This document shows, piece after piece, positions 13,760-28,800 of a DNA stretch of 64,000 bases. The notes below the pieces were generated by a model. That model was not told the DNA's origin, made no database searches, and saw only the letters and a program-made list of their open reading frames with translations. A program made the translations under genes and the position numbers. Position 1 is the first letter of the stretch. Each line of letters starts with the position of its first letter. The DNA is from the human T2T-CHM13v2.0 reference genome, Homo sapiens: the NCBI RefSeq assembly GCF_009914755.1, contig NC_060925.1. The stretch is one strand, 5' to 3'.

Positions 13760-16700
13760 AATGGAATCATCATCGGATGGAAACGAATGGAATCATCATC
13801 GAATGGAATCAAATAGAATTATGGAATGAAATCCACTGTGATCATCATCGAATGGACCCGAATGGAATCATCATCCAACGGAAGCTAATGGAATCAACAT
13901 CGAATGAATCAAATGGAAACACCATCGAATTGAAACGAATGGAATTACCATGAAATTGAAATGGATGGACTCATCATCAAATGGATTCGAATGGATTCAT
14001 CAAATAAAATTGATTGAAATCATCATCGAATGGAATCGAATGGAATCATTGAATGGAATCGAATGGAATCATCATCAGATGGAAATGAATGGAATCGTTA
14101 TAGAATGGAATCGAATGGATTCATTGAATGGAATCAGATGGAATCATTGAATGGACTGGAATGGAATCATTGAATGGACTCGAAAGGGATCATTATTGAA
14201 TGGAATTGAATGGAATCATCGAATGGTCTCGATTGGAATCATTATCAAATGGAATCGAATGGAATCACCGAATAGAATCGAATGGAACAATCATCGAATG
14301 GACTCAAATGGAATTATCCTCCAATGGAATCGAATGGAATTATCGAATGCAATCGAATGGAATTATCGAATGCAATCGAATAGAATCATCGAATGGACTC
14401 GAATGGAATCATCGAATGGAATGGAATGGAACAGTCAATGAACTCGAATGGAATCATCATTGAATGGAATCGAATGGAATCATCGAGTGGAATCGAAAGG
14501 AATTATGACCAAATGGAATCGAATGTAATCATCATCAAATGGAATCAAAAATAACCATCATCAATTGGTATTGAATGGAATTGTCATCAAATGGAATTCA
14601 AAGGAATCATCATCAAATGGAACCGAATGGAATCCTCATTGAATGGAAATGAAAGGGGTCATCATCTAATGGAATCGCATGGAATCATCATCAAATGGAA
14701 TCGAATGGAATCATCATCAAATGGAATCAAATGGAATCATTGAACAGAATTGAATGGAACGGTCATCGAATGAGTTGAATGCAATCATCGAATGGTCTCG
14801 AATGGAATCATCTTCTAATGGAAAGGAATGGAATCATCGCATAGAATCGAATGGAATTATCATCGAATGGAATCGAATGGTATCAACACCAAACGGAAAA
14901 AAACGGAATTATCGAATGGAATCGAAGAGAATCTTCGAACGGACCCGAATGGAATCATCTAATGGAATGGAATGGAATAATCCATGGACTCGAATGCAAT
15001 CATCATCGAATGGAATCGAATGGAATCATCGAATGGACTCGAATGGAATAATCATTGAACGGAATCGAATGGAATCATCATCGGATGGAAACGAATGGAA
15101 TCATCATCGAATGGAAATGAAAGGAGTCATCATCTAATGGAATTGCATGGAATCATTATAAAATGGAATCGAATGGAATCAACATCAAATGGAATCAAAT
15201 GGAATCATTGAACGGAATTGAATGGAATCGTCATCGAATGAATTGAATGCAATCATCGAATGGTCTCGAATGGAATCATCTTCAAATGGAATGGAATGGA
15301 ATCATCGCATAGAATCGAATGGAATTATCATCGAATGGAATCGAATGGAATCAACATCAAACGGAAAAAAACGGAATTATCGAATGGAATCGAAGATAAT
15401 CATCGAATGGACCCGAATGGAATCATCTAATGGAATGGAATGGAATAATCCATGGACTCGAATGCAATCATCATCGAATGGAATCGAATGGAATCATCGA
15501 ATGGACTCGAATGGAATAATCATTGAACGGAATCGAATGGAATCATCATCGGATGGAAACGAATGGAATCATCATCGAATGGAAATGAAAGGAGTCATCA
15601 TCTAATGGAATTGCATGGAATCATCATAAAATGGAATCGAATGGAATCATCATCAAATGGAATCAAATGGAATCATTGAACGGAATTGAATGGAATCGTC
15701 ATCGAATGAATTGAATGCAATCATCGAATGGTCTCGAATGGAATCATCTTCACATGGAATGGAATGGAATCATCGCATAGAATCGAATGGAATTATCATC
15801 GAATGGAATCGAATGGTATCAACATCAAACGGAAAAAAACGGAATTATCGAATGGAATCAAAGAGAATCTTCGAACGGACCCGAATGGAATCATCTAATG
15901 GAATGGAATGGAATAATCCATGGACTCGAATGCAATCATCATCGAATGGAATCGAATGGAATCATTGAAAGGACTCGTATGGAATAATCATTGAACGGAA
16001 TCGAATGGAATCATCATCGGATGGAAATGAATGGAATCATCATCGAATGGAATCGAATAGAATTATGGAATGAAATCCAGTGTGATCATCATCGAATGGA
16101 CCCGAATGGAATCATCATCCAACGGAAGCTAATGGAATCAACATCCAATGAATCGAATGGAAACACCATCGAATTGAAACGAATGGAATTATCATGAAAT
16201 TGAAATGCATGGACTCATCATCGAATGGATTCGAATGGAATCATCGAATAAAATTGATTGAAATCATCATCGAATGGAATCGAATGGTATCATTGAATGG
16301 AATCGAATGGAATCATCATCAGATGGAAATGAATGGAATCGACATAGAATGGAATCGAATGGATTCATTGAATGGAATCAGATGGAATCATCGAATGGAC
16401 TGGAATGGAATCATTGAATGGACTCGAAAGGGATCATTATTGAATGGAATTGAATGGAATCATCGAATGGTCTCGATTGGAATCATTATCAAATGGAATC
16501 GAATGGAATCACCGAATAGAATCGAATGGAACAATCATCGAATGGACTCAAATGGAATTATCCTCAAATAGAATCGAATGGAATTATCGAATGCAATCGA
16601 ATGGAATTATCGAATGCAATCGAATAGAATCATCGAATGGACTCGAATGGAATCATCGAATGGAATGGAATGGAACAGTCAATAAACTCGAATGGAATCA

Positions 16701-19700
16701 TCATTGAATGGAATCGAATGGAATCATCGAGTGGAATCGAATGGAATTATGATCAAATGGAATCGAATGTAATCATCATCAAATGGAATCAAAAATAACC
16801 ATCATCAATTGGTATTGAATGGAATTGTCATCAAATGGAATTCAAAGGAATCATCATCAAATGGAACCGAATGGAATCCTCATTGAATGGAAATGAAAGG
16901 GGTCATCATCTAATGGAATCGCATGGAATCATCATCAAATGGAATCGAATGGAATCATCATCAAATGGAATCGAATGGAATCATTGAAAGAATTGAATGG
17001 AATCATCATCGAATGAATTGAATGCAATCATCGAATGGTCTCGAATGGAATCATCTTCTAATGGAAAGGAATGGAATCATCGCATAGAATCGAATGGAAT
17101 TATCATCGAATGGAATCGAATGGTATCAACACCAAACGGAAAAAAACGGAATTATCGAATGGAATCGAAGAGAATCTTCGAACGGACCCGAATGGAATCA
17201 TCTAATGGAATGGAATGGAATAATCCATGGAGTCGAATGCAATCATCATCGAATGGAATCGAATGGAATCATCGAATGGACTCGAATGGAATAATCATTG
17301 AACGGAATCGAATGGAATCATCATCGGATGGAAACGAATGGAATCATCATCGAATGGAAATGAAAGGAGTCATCATCTAATGGAATTGCATGGAATCATC
17401 ATCAAATGGAATCGAATGGAATCAACATCAAATGGAATCAAATGGAATCATTGAACGGAATTGAATGGAATCGTCATCGAATGAATTGAATGCAATCATC
17501 GAATGGTCTCGAATGGAATCATCTTCAAATGGAATGGAATGGAATCATCGCATAGAATCGAAAGGAATTATCATCGAATGGAATCGAATGGAATCAACAT
17601 CAAACGGAAAAAAACGGAATTATCGAATGGAATCGAAGAGAATCATCGAATGGACCCGAATGGAATCATCTAATGGAATGGAATGGAATAATCCATGGAC
17701 TCGAATGCAATCATCATCGAATGGAATCGAATGGAATCATCGAATGGACTCGAATGGAATAATCATTGAACGGAATCGAATGGAATCATCATCGGATGGA
17801 AACGAATGGAATCATCATCGAATGGAAATGAAAGGAGTCATCATCTAATGGAATTGCATGGAATCATCATCAAATGGAATCGAATGGAATCAACATCAAA
17901 TGGAATCAAATGGAATAATTGAACGGAATTGAATGGAATCGTCATCGAATGAATTGACTGCAATCATCGAATGGTCTCGAATTTAATCATCTTCAAATGG
18001 AATGGAATGGAATCATCGCATAAAATCGAATGGAATTATCATCGAATGGAATCGAATGGAATCAACATCAAACGGAAAAAAACGGAATTATCGAATGGAA
18101 TCGAAGAGAATCATCGAATGGACCCGAATGGAAACATCTAATGGAATGGAATGGAATAATCCATGGACTCGAATGCAATCATCATCGAATGGAATCGAAT
18201 GGAATCATCGAATGAACTCGAATGGAATCATCATTGAATGGAATCGAATGGAATCATCGAGTGGAATCGAATGGAATTATGATCAAATGGAATCGAATGT
18301 AATCATCATCAAATGGAATCAAAAATAACCATCATCAATTGGTATTGAATGGAATTGTCATCAAATGGAATTCAAAGGAATCATCATCAAATGGAACCGA
18401 ATGGAATCCTCATTGAATGGAAATGAAAGGGGTCATCATCTAATGGAATCGCATGGAATCATCATCAAATGGAATCGAATGGAATCATCATCAAATGGAA
18501 TCTAATGGAATCATTGAACAGAATTGAATGGAATCATCATCGAATGAATTGAATGCAATCATCGAATGGTCTCGAATGGAATCATCTTCTAATGGAAAGG
18601 AATGGAATCATCGCATAGAATCGAATGGAATTATCATCGAATGGAATCGAATGGTATCAACACCAAACGGAAAAAAACGGAATTATCGAATGGAATCGAA
18701 GAGAATCTTCGAACGGACCCGAATGGAATCATCTAATGGAATGGAATGGAATAATCCATGGACTCGAATTCAATCATCATTGAATGGAATCGAATGGAAT
18801 CATCGAATGGACTCGAATGGAATAATCATTGAACGGAATCGAATGGAATCATCATCGGATGGAAACGAATGGAATCATCATCGAATGGAATCAAATAGAA
18901 TTATGGAATGAAATCCACTGTGATCATCATCGAATGGACCCGAATGGAATCATCATCCAACGGAAGCTAATGGAATCAACATCGAATGAATCAAATGGAA
19001 ACACCATCGAATTGAAACGAATGGAATTACCATGAAATTGAAATGGATGGACTCATCATCAAATGGATTCGAATGGATTCATCAAATAAAATTGATTGAA
19101 ATCATCATCGAATGGAATCGAATGGTATCATTGAATGGAATCGAATGGAATCATCATCAGATGGAAATGAATGGAATCGTTATAGAATGGAATCGAATGG
19201 ATTCATTGAATGGAATCAGATGGAATCATTGAATGGACTGGAATGGAATCATTGAATGGACTCGAAAGGGATCATGATTGAATGGAATTGAATGGAATCA
19301 TCGAATGGTCTCGATTGGAATCATTATCAAATGGAATCGAATGGAATCACCGAATAGAATCGAATGGAACAATCATCGAATGGACTCAAATGGAATTATC
19401 CTCCAATGGAATCGAATGGAATTATCGAATGCAATCGAATGGAATTATCGAATGCAATCGAATAGAATCATCGAATGGACTCGAATGGAATCATCGAATG
19501 GAATGGAATGGAACAGTCAATGAACTCGAATGGAATCATCATTGAATGGAATCGAATGGAATCATCGAGTGGAATCGAAAGGAATTATGACCAAATGGAA
19601 TCGAATGTAATCATCATCAAATGGAATCAAAAATAACCATCATCAATTGGTATTGAATGGAATTGTCATCAAATGGAATTCAAAGGAATCATCATCAAAT

Positions 19701-22700
19701 GGAACCGAATGGAATCCTCATTGAATGGAAATGAAAGGGGTCATCATCTAATGGAATCGCATGGAATCATCATCAAATGGAATCGAATGGAATCATCATC
19801 AAATGGAATCAAATGGAATCATTGAACAGAATTGAATGGAACGGTCATCGAATGAGTTGAATGCAATCATCGAATGGTCTCGAATGGAATCATCTTCTAA
19901 TGGAAAGGAATGGAATCATCGCATAGAATCGAATGGAATTATCATCGAATGGAATCGAATGGTATCAACACCAAACGGAAAAAAACGGAATTATCGAATG
20001 GAATCGAAGAGAATCTTCGAACGGACCCGAATGGAATCATCTAATGGAATGGAATGGAATAATCCATGGACTCGAATGCAATCATCATCGAATGGAATCG
20101 AATGGAATCATCGAATGGACTCGAATGGAATAATCATTGAACGGAATCGAATGGAATCATCATCGGATGGAAACGAATGGAATCATCATCGAATGGAAAT
20201 GAAAGGAGTCATCATCTAATGGAATTGCATGGAATCATTATAAAATGGAATCGAATGGAATCAACATCAAATGGAATCAAATGGAATCATTGAACGGAAT
20301 TGAATGGAATCGTCATCGAATGAATTGAATGCAATCATCGAATGGTCTCGAATGGAATCATCTTCAAATGGAATGGAATGGAATCATCGCATAGAATCGA
20401 ATGGAATTATCATCGAATGGAATCGAATGGAATCAACATCAAACGGAAAAAAACGGAATTATCGAATGGAATCGAAGATAATCATCGAATGGACCCGAAT
20501 GGAATCATCTAATGGAATGGAATGGAATAATCCATGGACTCGAATGCAATCATCATCGAATGGAATGGAATGGAATCATCGAATGGACTCGAATGGAATA
20601 ATCATTGAACGGAATCGAATGGAATCATCATCGGATGGAAACGAATGGAATCATCATCGAATGGAAATGAAAGGAGTCATCATCTAATGGAATTGCATGG
20701 AATCATCATAAAATGGAATCGAATGGAATCATCATCAAATGGAATCAAATGGAATCATTGAACGGAATTGAATGGAATCGTCATCGAATGAATTGAATGC
20801 AATCATCGAATGGTCTCGAATGGAATCATCTTCACATGGAATGGAATGGAATCATCGCATAGAATCGAATGGAATTATCATCGAATGGAATCGAATGGTA
20901 TCAACATCAAACGGAAAAAAACGGAATTATCGAATGGAATCAAAGAGAATCTTCGAACGGACCCGAATGGAATCATCTAATGGAATGGAATGGAATAATC
21001 CATGGACTCGAATGCAATCATCATCGAATGGAATCGAATGGAATCATTGAAAGGACTCGTATGGAATAATCATTGAACGGAATCGAATGGAATCATCATC
21101 GGATGGAAATGAATGGAATCATCATCGAATGGAATCGAATAGAATTATGGAATGAAATCCAGTGTGATCATCATCGAATGGACCCGAATGGAATCATCAT
21201 CCAACGGAAGCTAATGGAATCAACATCCAATGAATCGAATGGAAACACCATCGAATTGAAACGAATGGAATTATCATGAAATTGAAATGGATGGACTCAT
21301 CATCGAATGGATTCGAATGGAATCATCGAATAAAATTGATTGAAATCATCATCGAATGGAATCGAATGGTATCATTGAATGGAATCGAATGGAATCATCA
21401 TCAGATGGAAATGAATGGAATCGTCATAGAATGGAATCGAATGGATTCATTGAATGGAATCAGATGGAATCATCGAATGGACTGGAATGGAATCATTGAA
21501 TGGACTCGAAAGGGATCATTATTGAATGGAATTGAATGGAATCATCGAATGGTCTCGATTGGAATCATTATCAAATGGAATCGAATGGAATCACCGAATA
21601 GAATCGAATGGAACAATCATCGAATGGACTCAAATGGAATTATCCTCAAATAGAATCGAATGGAATTATCGAATGCAATCGAATGGAATTATCGAATGCA
21701 ATCGAATAGAATCATCGAATGGACTCGAATGGAATCATCGAATGGAATGGAATGGAACAGTCAATAAACTCGAATGGAATCATCATTGAATGGAATCGAA
21801 TGGAATCATCGAGTGGAATCGAATGGAATTATGATCAAATGGAATCGAATGTAATCATCATCAAATGGAATCAAAAATAACCATCATCAATTGGTATTGA
21901 ATGGAATTGTCATCAAATGGAATTCAAAGGAATCATCATCAAATGGAACCGAATGGAATCCTCATTGAATGGAAATGAAAGGGGTCATCATCTAATGGAA
22001 TCGCATGGAATCATCATCAAATGGAATCGAATGGAATCATCATCAAATGGAATCGAATGGAATCATTGAAAGAATTGAATGGAATCATCATCGAATGAAT
22101 TGAATGCAATCATCGAATGGTCTCGAATGGAATCATCTTCTAATGGAAAGGAATGGAATCATCGCATAGAATCGAATGGAATTATCATCGAATGGAATCG
22201 AATGGTATCAACACCAAACGGAAAAAAACGGAATTATCGAATGGAATCGAAGAGAATCTTCGAACGGACCCGAATGGAATCATCTAATGGAATGGAATGG
22301 AATAATCCATGGAGTCGAATGCAATCATCATCGAATGGAATCGAATGGAATCATCGAATGGACTCGAATGGAATAATCATTGAACGGAATCGAATGGAAT
22401 CATCATCGGATGGAAACGAATGGAATCATCATCGAATGGAAATGAAAGGAGTCATCATCTAATGGAATTGCATGGAATCATCATCAAATGGAATCGAATG
22501 GAATCAACATCAAATGGAATCAAATGGAATCATTGAACGGAATTGAATGGAATCGTCATCGAATGAATTGAATGCAATCATCGAATGGTCTCGAATGGAA
22601 TCATCTTCAAATGGAATGGAATGGAATCATCGCATAGAATCGAATGGAATTATCATCGAATGGAATCGAATGGAATCAACATCAAACGGAAAAAAACGGA

Positions 22701-22880
22701 ATTATCGAATGGAATCGAAGAGAATCATCGAATGGACCCGAATGGAATCATCTAATGGAATGGAATGGAATAATCCATGGACTCGAATGCAATCATCATC
22801 GAATGGAATCGAATGGAATCATCGAATGGACTCGAATGGAATAATCATTGAACGGAATCGAATGGAATCATCATCGGATG
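13760..22880 (+). repeat. Nested multi-unit duplication, offset 5082 bp (approx. 13760-17800 vs 18840-22880); boundaries approximate
   Basis: Block starts 14754/19836, 15222/20304, 15690/20772, 16997/22079 all differ by 5082 and share private variants (CCACTGTG, GGAACGGTC, GAAGATAATC, TTCACATGG, AAAGGACTCGTATGG, CAATAAACTC, 1-bp deletion TTGAAAGAATT, GGAGTCG). Confidence 0.88.
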
Positions 22881-25800
22881 GAAATGAATGGAATCATCAT
22901 CGAATGGAATCGAATAGAATTATGGAATGAAATCCAGTGTGATCATCATCGAATGGACCCGAATGGAATCATCATCCAACGGAAGCTAATGGAATCAACA
23001 TCGAATGAATCAAATGGAAACACCATCGAATTGAAACGAATGGAATTACCATGAAATTGAAATGGATGGACTCATCCTCAAATGGATTCGAGTGGAATCA
23101 TCAAATAAAATTGATTGAAATCATCATCGAATGGAATCGAATGGTATCATTGAATGGAATCGATTGGAATCATCATCAGATGGAAATGAAAGGAATCGTC
23201 ATAGAATGGAATCGAATGGATTCATTGAATGGAATCAGATGGAATCATTGAATGGACTGGAATGGAATCATTGAATGGACTCGAAAGGGATCATTATTGA
23301 ATGGAATTGAATGGAATCATCGAATGGTCTCGATTGGAATCATTATCAAATGGAATCGAATGGAATCACCAAATAGAATCGAATGGAACAATCATCGAAT
23401 GGACTCAAATGGAATTATCCTCAAATGGAATTGAATGGAATTATCGAATGCAATCGAATGGAATTATCGAATGCAATCGAATAGAATCATCGAATGGACT
23501 CGAATGGAATCATCGAATGGAATGGAATGGAACAGTCAATGAACTCGAATGGAATCATCATTGAATGGAATCGAATGGAATCATCGAGTGGAATCGAATG
23601 TAATCATCATCAAATGGAATCAAAAATAACCATCATCAAATGGAATCAAAAATAACCATCATCAATTGGTATTGAATGGAATTCTCATCAAATGGAATTC
23701 AAAGGAATCATCATCAAATGGAACCGAATGGAATCCTCATTGAATGGAAATGAAAGGGGTCATCATCTAATGGAATCGCATGGAATCATCATCAAATGGA
23801 ATCGAATGGAATCAACATCAAATGGAATCAAATGGAATCATTGAACGGAATTGAATGGAATCGTCATCGAATGAATTGAATGCAATCATCGAATGGTCTC
23901 GAATGGAATCATCTTCAAATGGAATGGAATGGAATCATCGCATAGAATCGAATGGAATTTTCATCGAATGGAATCGAATGGAATCAACATCAAACGGAAA
24001 AAAACGGAATTATCGAATGGAATCGAAGAGAATCACCGAATGGACCCGAATGGAATCATCTAATGGAATGGAATGGAATAATCCATGGACTCGAATGCAA
24101 TCATCATCGAATGGAATCGAATGGAATCATCGAATGGACTCGAATGGAATAATCATTGAACGGAATCGAATGGAATCATCATCGGATGGAAATGAATGGA
24201 ATCATCATCGAATGGAATCGAATAGAATTATGGAATGAAATCCAGTGTGATCATCATCGAATGGACCCGAATGGAATCATCATCCAACGGAAGCTAATGG
24301 AATCAACATCGAATGAATCAAATGGAAACACCATCGAATTGAAACGAATGGAATTACCATGAAATTGAAATGGATGGACTCATCCTCAAATGGATTCGAG
24401 TGGAATCATCGAATAAAATTGATTGAAATCATCATCGAATGGAATCGAATGGTATCATTGAATGGAATCGAATGGAATCATCATCAGATGGAAATGAAAG
24501 GAATCGTCATAGAATGGAATCGAATGGATTCATTGAATGGAATCAGATGGAATCATTGAATGGACTGGAATGGAATCATTGAATGGACTCGAAAGGGATC
24601 ATTATTGAATGGAATTGAATGGAATCATCGAATGGTCTCGATTGGAATCATTATCAAATGGAATCGAATGGAATCACCGAATAGAATCGAATGGAACAAT
24701 CATCGAATGGACTCAAATGGAATTATCCTCAAATGGAATTGAATGGAATTATCGAATGCAATCGAATGGAATTATCGAATGCAATCGAATAGAATCATCG
24801 AATGGACTCGAATGGAATCATCGAATGGAATGGAATGGAACAGTCAATGAACTCGAATGGAATCATCATTGAATGGAATCGAATGGAATCATCGAGTGGA
24901 ATCGAATGTAATCATCATCAAATGGAATCAAAAATAACCATCATCAAATGGAATCAAAAATAACCATCATCAATTGGTATTGAATGGAATTCTCATCAAA
25001 TGGAATTCAAAGGAATCATCATCAAATGGAACCTAATGGAATCCTCATTGAATGGAAATGAAAGGGGTCATCATCCAATGGAATCGCATGGAATCATCAT
25101 AAAATGGAATCGAATGGAATCAACATCAAATGGAATCAAATGGAATAATTGAACGGAATTGAATGGAATCGTCATCGAATGAATTGAATGCAATCATCGA
25201 ATGGTCTCGAATGGAATCATCTTCAAATGGAATGGAATGGAATCATCGCATAGAATCGAAAGGAATTATCATCGAATGGAATCGAATGGAATCAACAGCA
25301 AACGGAAAAAAACGGAATTATCGAATGGAATCGAAGAGAATCATCGAATGGACCCGAATGGAATCATCTAATGGAATGGAATGGAATAATCCATGGACTC
25401 GAATGCAATCATCATCGAATGGAATCGAATGGAATCATCCAATGGACTCGAATGGAATAATCATTGAACGGAATCGAATGGAATCATCATCGGATGGAAA
25501 TGAATGGAATCATCATCGAATGGAATCGAATAGAATTATGGAATGAAATCCAGTGTGATCATCATCGAATGGACCCGAATGGAATCATCATCCAACGGAT
25601 GCTAATGGAATCAACATCGAATGAATCAAATGGAAACACCATCGAATTGAAACTAATGGAATTACCATGAAATTGAAATGGATGGACTCATCATCGAATG
25701 GATTCGAAAGGAATCATCGAATAAAATTGATTGAAATCATCATCGAATGGAATCGAATGGTATCATTGAATGGAATCGAATGGAATCATCATCAGATGGA

Positions 25801-28800
25801 AATGAATGGAATCGTCATAGAATGGAATCGAATGGATTCATTGAATGGAATCAGATGGAATCATCGAATGGACTGGAATGGAATCATTGAATGGACTTGA
25901 AAGGGATCATTATTGAATGGAATTGAATGGAATCATCGAATGGTCTCGATTGGAATCATTATAAAATGGAATCGAATGGAATCACCGAATAGAATCGAAT
26001 GGAACAATCATCGAATGGACTCAAATGGAATTATCCTCAAATGGAATTGAATGGAATTATCGAATGCAATCGAATGGAATTATCGAATGCAATCGAATAG
26101 AATCATCGAATGGACTCGAATGGAATCATCGAATGGAATGGAATGGAACAGTCAATGAACTCGAATGGAATCATCATTGAATGGAATCGAATGGAATCAT
26201 CGAGTGGAATCGAATGTAATCATCATCAAATGGAATCAAAAATAACCATCATCAAATGGAATCAAAAATAACCATCATCAATTGGTATTGAATGGAATTC
26301 TCATCAAATGGAATTCAAAGGAATCATCATGAAATGGAACCGAATGGAATCCTCATTGAATGGAAATGAAAGGGGTCATCATCTAATGGAATCGCATGGA
26401 ATCATCATCAAATGGAATCGAATGGAATCAACATCAAATGGAATCAAATGGAATCATTGAACGGAATTGAATGGAATCGTCATTGAATGAATTGAATACA
26501 ATCATCGAATGGTCTCGAATGGAATCATCTTCAAATGGAATGGAATGGAATCATCGCATAGAATCGAATGGAATTTTCATCGAATGGAATCGAATGGAAT
26601 CAACATCAAACGGAAAAAAACGGAATTATCGAATGGAATCGAAGATAATCACCGAATGGACCCGAATGGAATCATCTAATGGAATGGAATGGAATAATCC
26701 ATGGACTCGAATGCAATCATCATCGAATGGAATCGAATGGAATCATCGAATGGACTCGAATGGAATAATCATTGAACGGAATCGAATGGAATCATCATCG
26801 GATGGAAATGAATGGAATCATCATCGAATGGAATCGAATAGAATTATGGAATGAAATCCAGTGTGATCATCATCGAATGGACCCGAATGGAATCATCATC
26901 CAACGGAAGCTAATGGAATCAACATCGAATGAATCAAATGGAAACACCATCGAATTGAAACCAATGGAATTACCATGAAATTGAAATGGATGGACTCATC
27001 CTCCAATGGAATCGAGTGGAATCATCGAATAAAATTGATTGAAATCATCATCGAATGGAATCGAATGGTATCATTGAATGGAATCGAATGGAATCATCAT
27101 CAGATGGAAATGAAAGGAATCGTCATAGAATGGAATCGAATGGATTCATTGAATGGAATCAGATGGAATCATTGAATGGACTGGAATGGAATCATTGAAT
27201 GGACTCGAAAGGGATCATTATTGAATGGAATTGAATGGAATCATCGAATGGTCTCGATTGGAATCATTATCAAATGGAATCGAATGGAATCACCAAATAG
27301 AATCGAATGGAACAATCATCGAATGGACTCAAATGGAATAATCCTCAAATGGAATTGAATGGAATTATCGAATGCAATCGAATGGAATTATCGAATGCAA
27401 TCGAATAGAATCATCGAATGGACTCGAATGGAATCATCGAATGGAATGGAATGGAACAGTCAATGAACTCGAATGGAATCATCATTGAATGGAATCGAAT
27501 GGAATCATCGAGTGGAATCGAATGTAATCATCATCAAATGGAATCAAAAATAACCATCATCAAATGGAATCAAAAATAACCATCATCAATTGGTATTGAA
27601 TGGAATTCTCATCAAATGGAATTCAAAGGAATCATCATCAAATGGAACCGAATGGAATCCTCATTGAATGGAAATGAAAGGGGTCATCATCTAATGGAAT
27701 CGCATGGAATCATCATCAAATGGAATCGAATGGAATCAACATCAAATGGAATCAAATGGAATCATTGAACGGAATTGAATGGAATCGTCATCGAATGAAT
27801 TGAATGCAATCATCGAATGGTCTCGAATGGAATCATCTTCAAATGGAATGGAATGGAATCATCGCATAGAATCGAATGGAATTTTCATCGAATGGAATCG
27901 AATGGAATCAACATCAAACGGAAAAAAACGGAATTATCGAATGGAATCGAAGAGAATCACCGAATGGACCCGAATGGAATCATCTAATGGAATGGAATGG
28001 AATAATCCATGGACTCGAATGCAATCATCATCGAATGGAATCGAATGGAATCATCGAATGGACTCGAATGGAATAATCATTGAACGGAATCGAATGGAAT
28101 CATCATCGGATGGAAATGAATGGAATCATCATCGAATGGAATCGAATAGAATTATGGAATGAAATCCAGTGTGATCATCATCGAATGGACCCGAATGGAA
28201 TCATCATCCAACGGAAGCTAATGGAATCAACATCGAATGAATCAAATGGAAACACCATCGAATTGAAACGAATGGAATTACCATGAAATTGAAATGGATG
28301 GACTCATCCTCAAATGGATTCGAGTGGAATCATCGAATAAAATTGATTGAAATCATCATCGAATGGAATCGAATGGTATCATTGAATGGAATCGAATGGA
28401 ATCATCATCAGATGGAAATGAAAGGAATCGTCATAGAATGGAATCGAATGGATTCATTGAATGGAATCAGATGGAATCATTGAATGGACTGGAATGGAAT
28501 CATTGAATGGACTCGAAAGGGATCATTATTGAATGGAATTGAATGGAATCATCGAATGGTCTCGATTGGAATCATTATCAAATGGAATCGAATGGAATCA
28601 CCGAATAGAATCGAATGGAACAATCATCGAATGGACTCAAATGGAATTATCCTCAAATGGAATTGAATGGAATTATCGAATGCAATCGAATGGAATTATC
28701 GAATGCAATCGAATAGAATCATCGAATGGACTCGAATGGAATCATCGAATGGAATGGAATGGAACAGTCAATGAACTCGAATGGAATCATCATTGAATGG

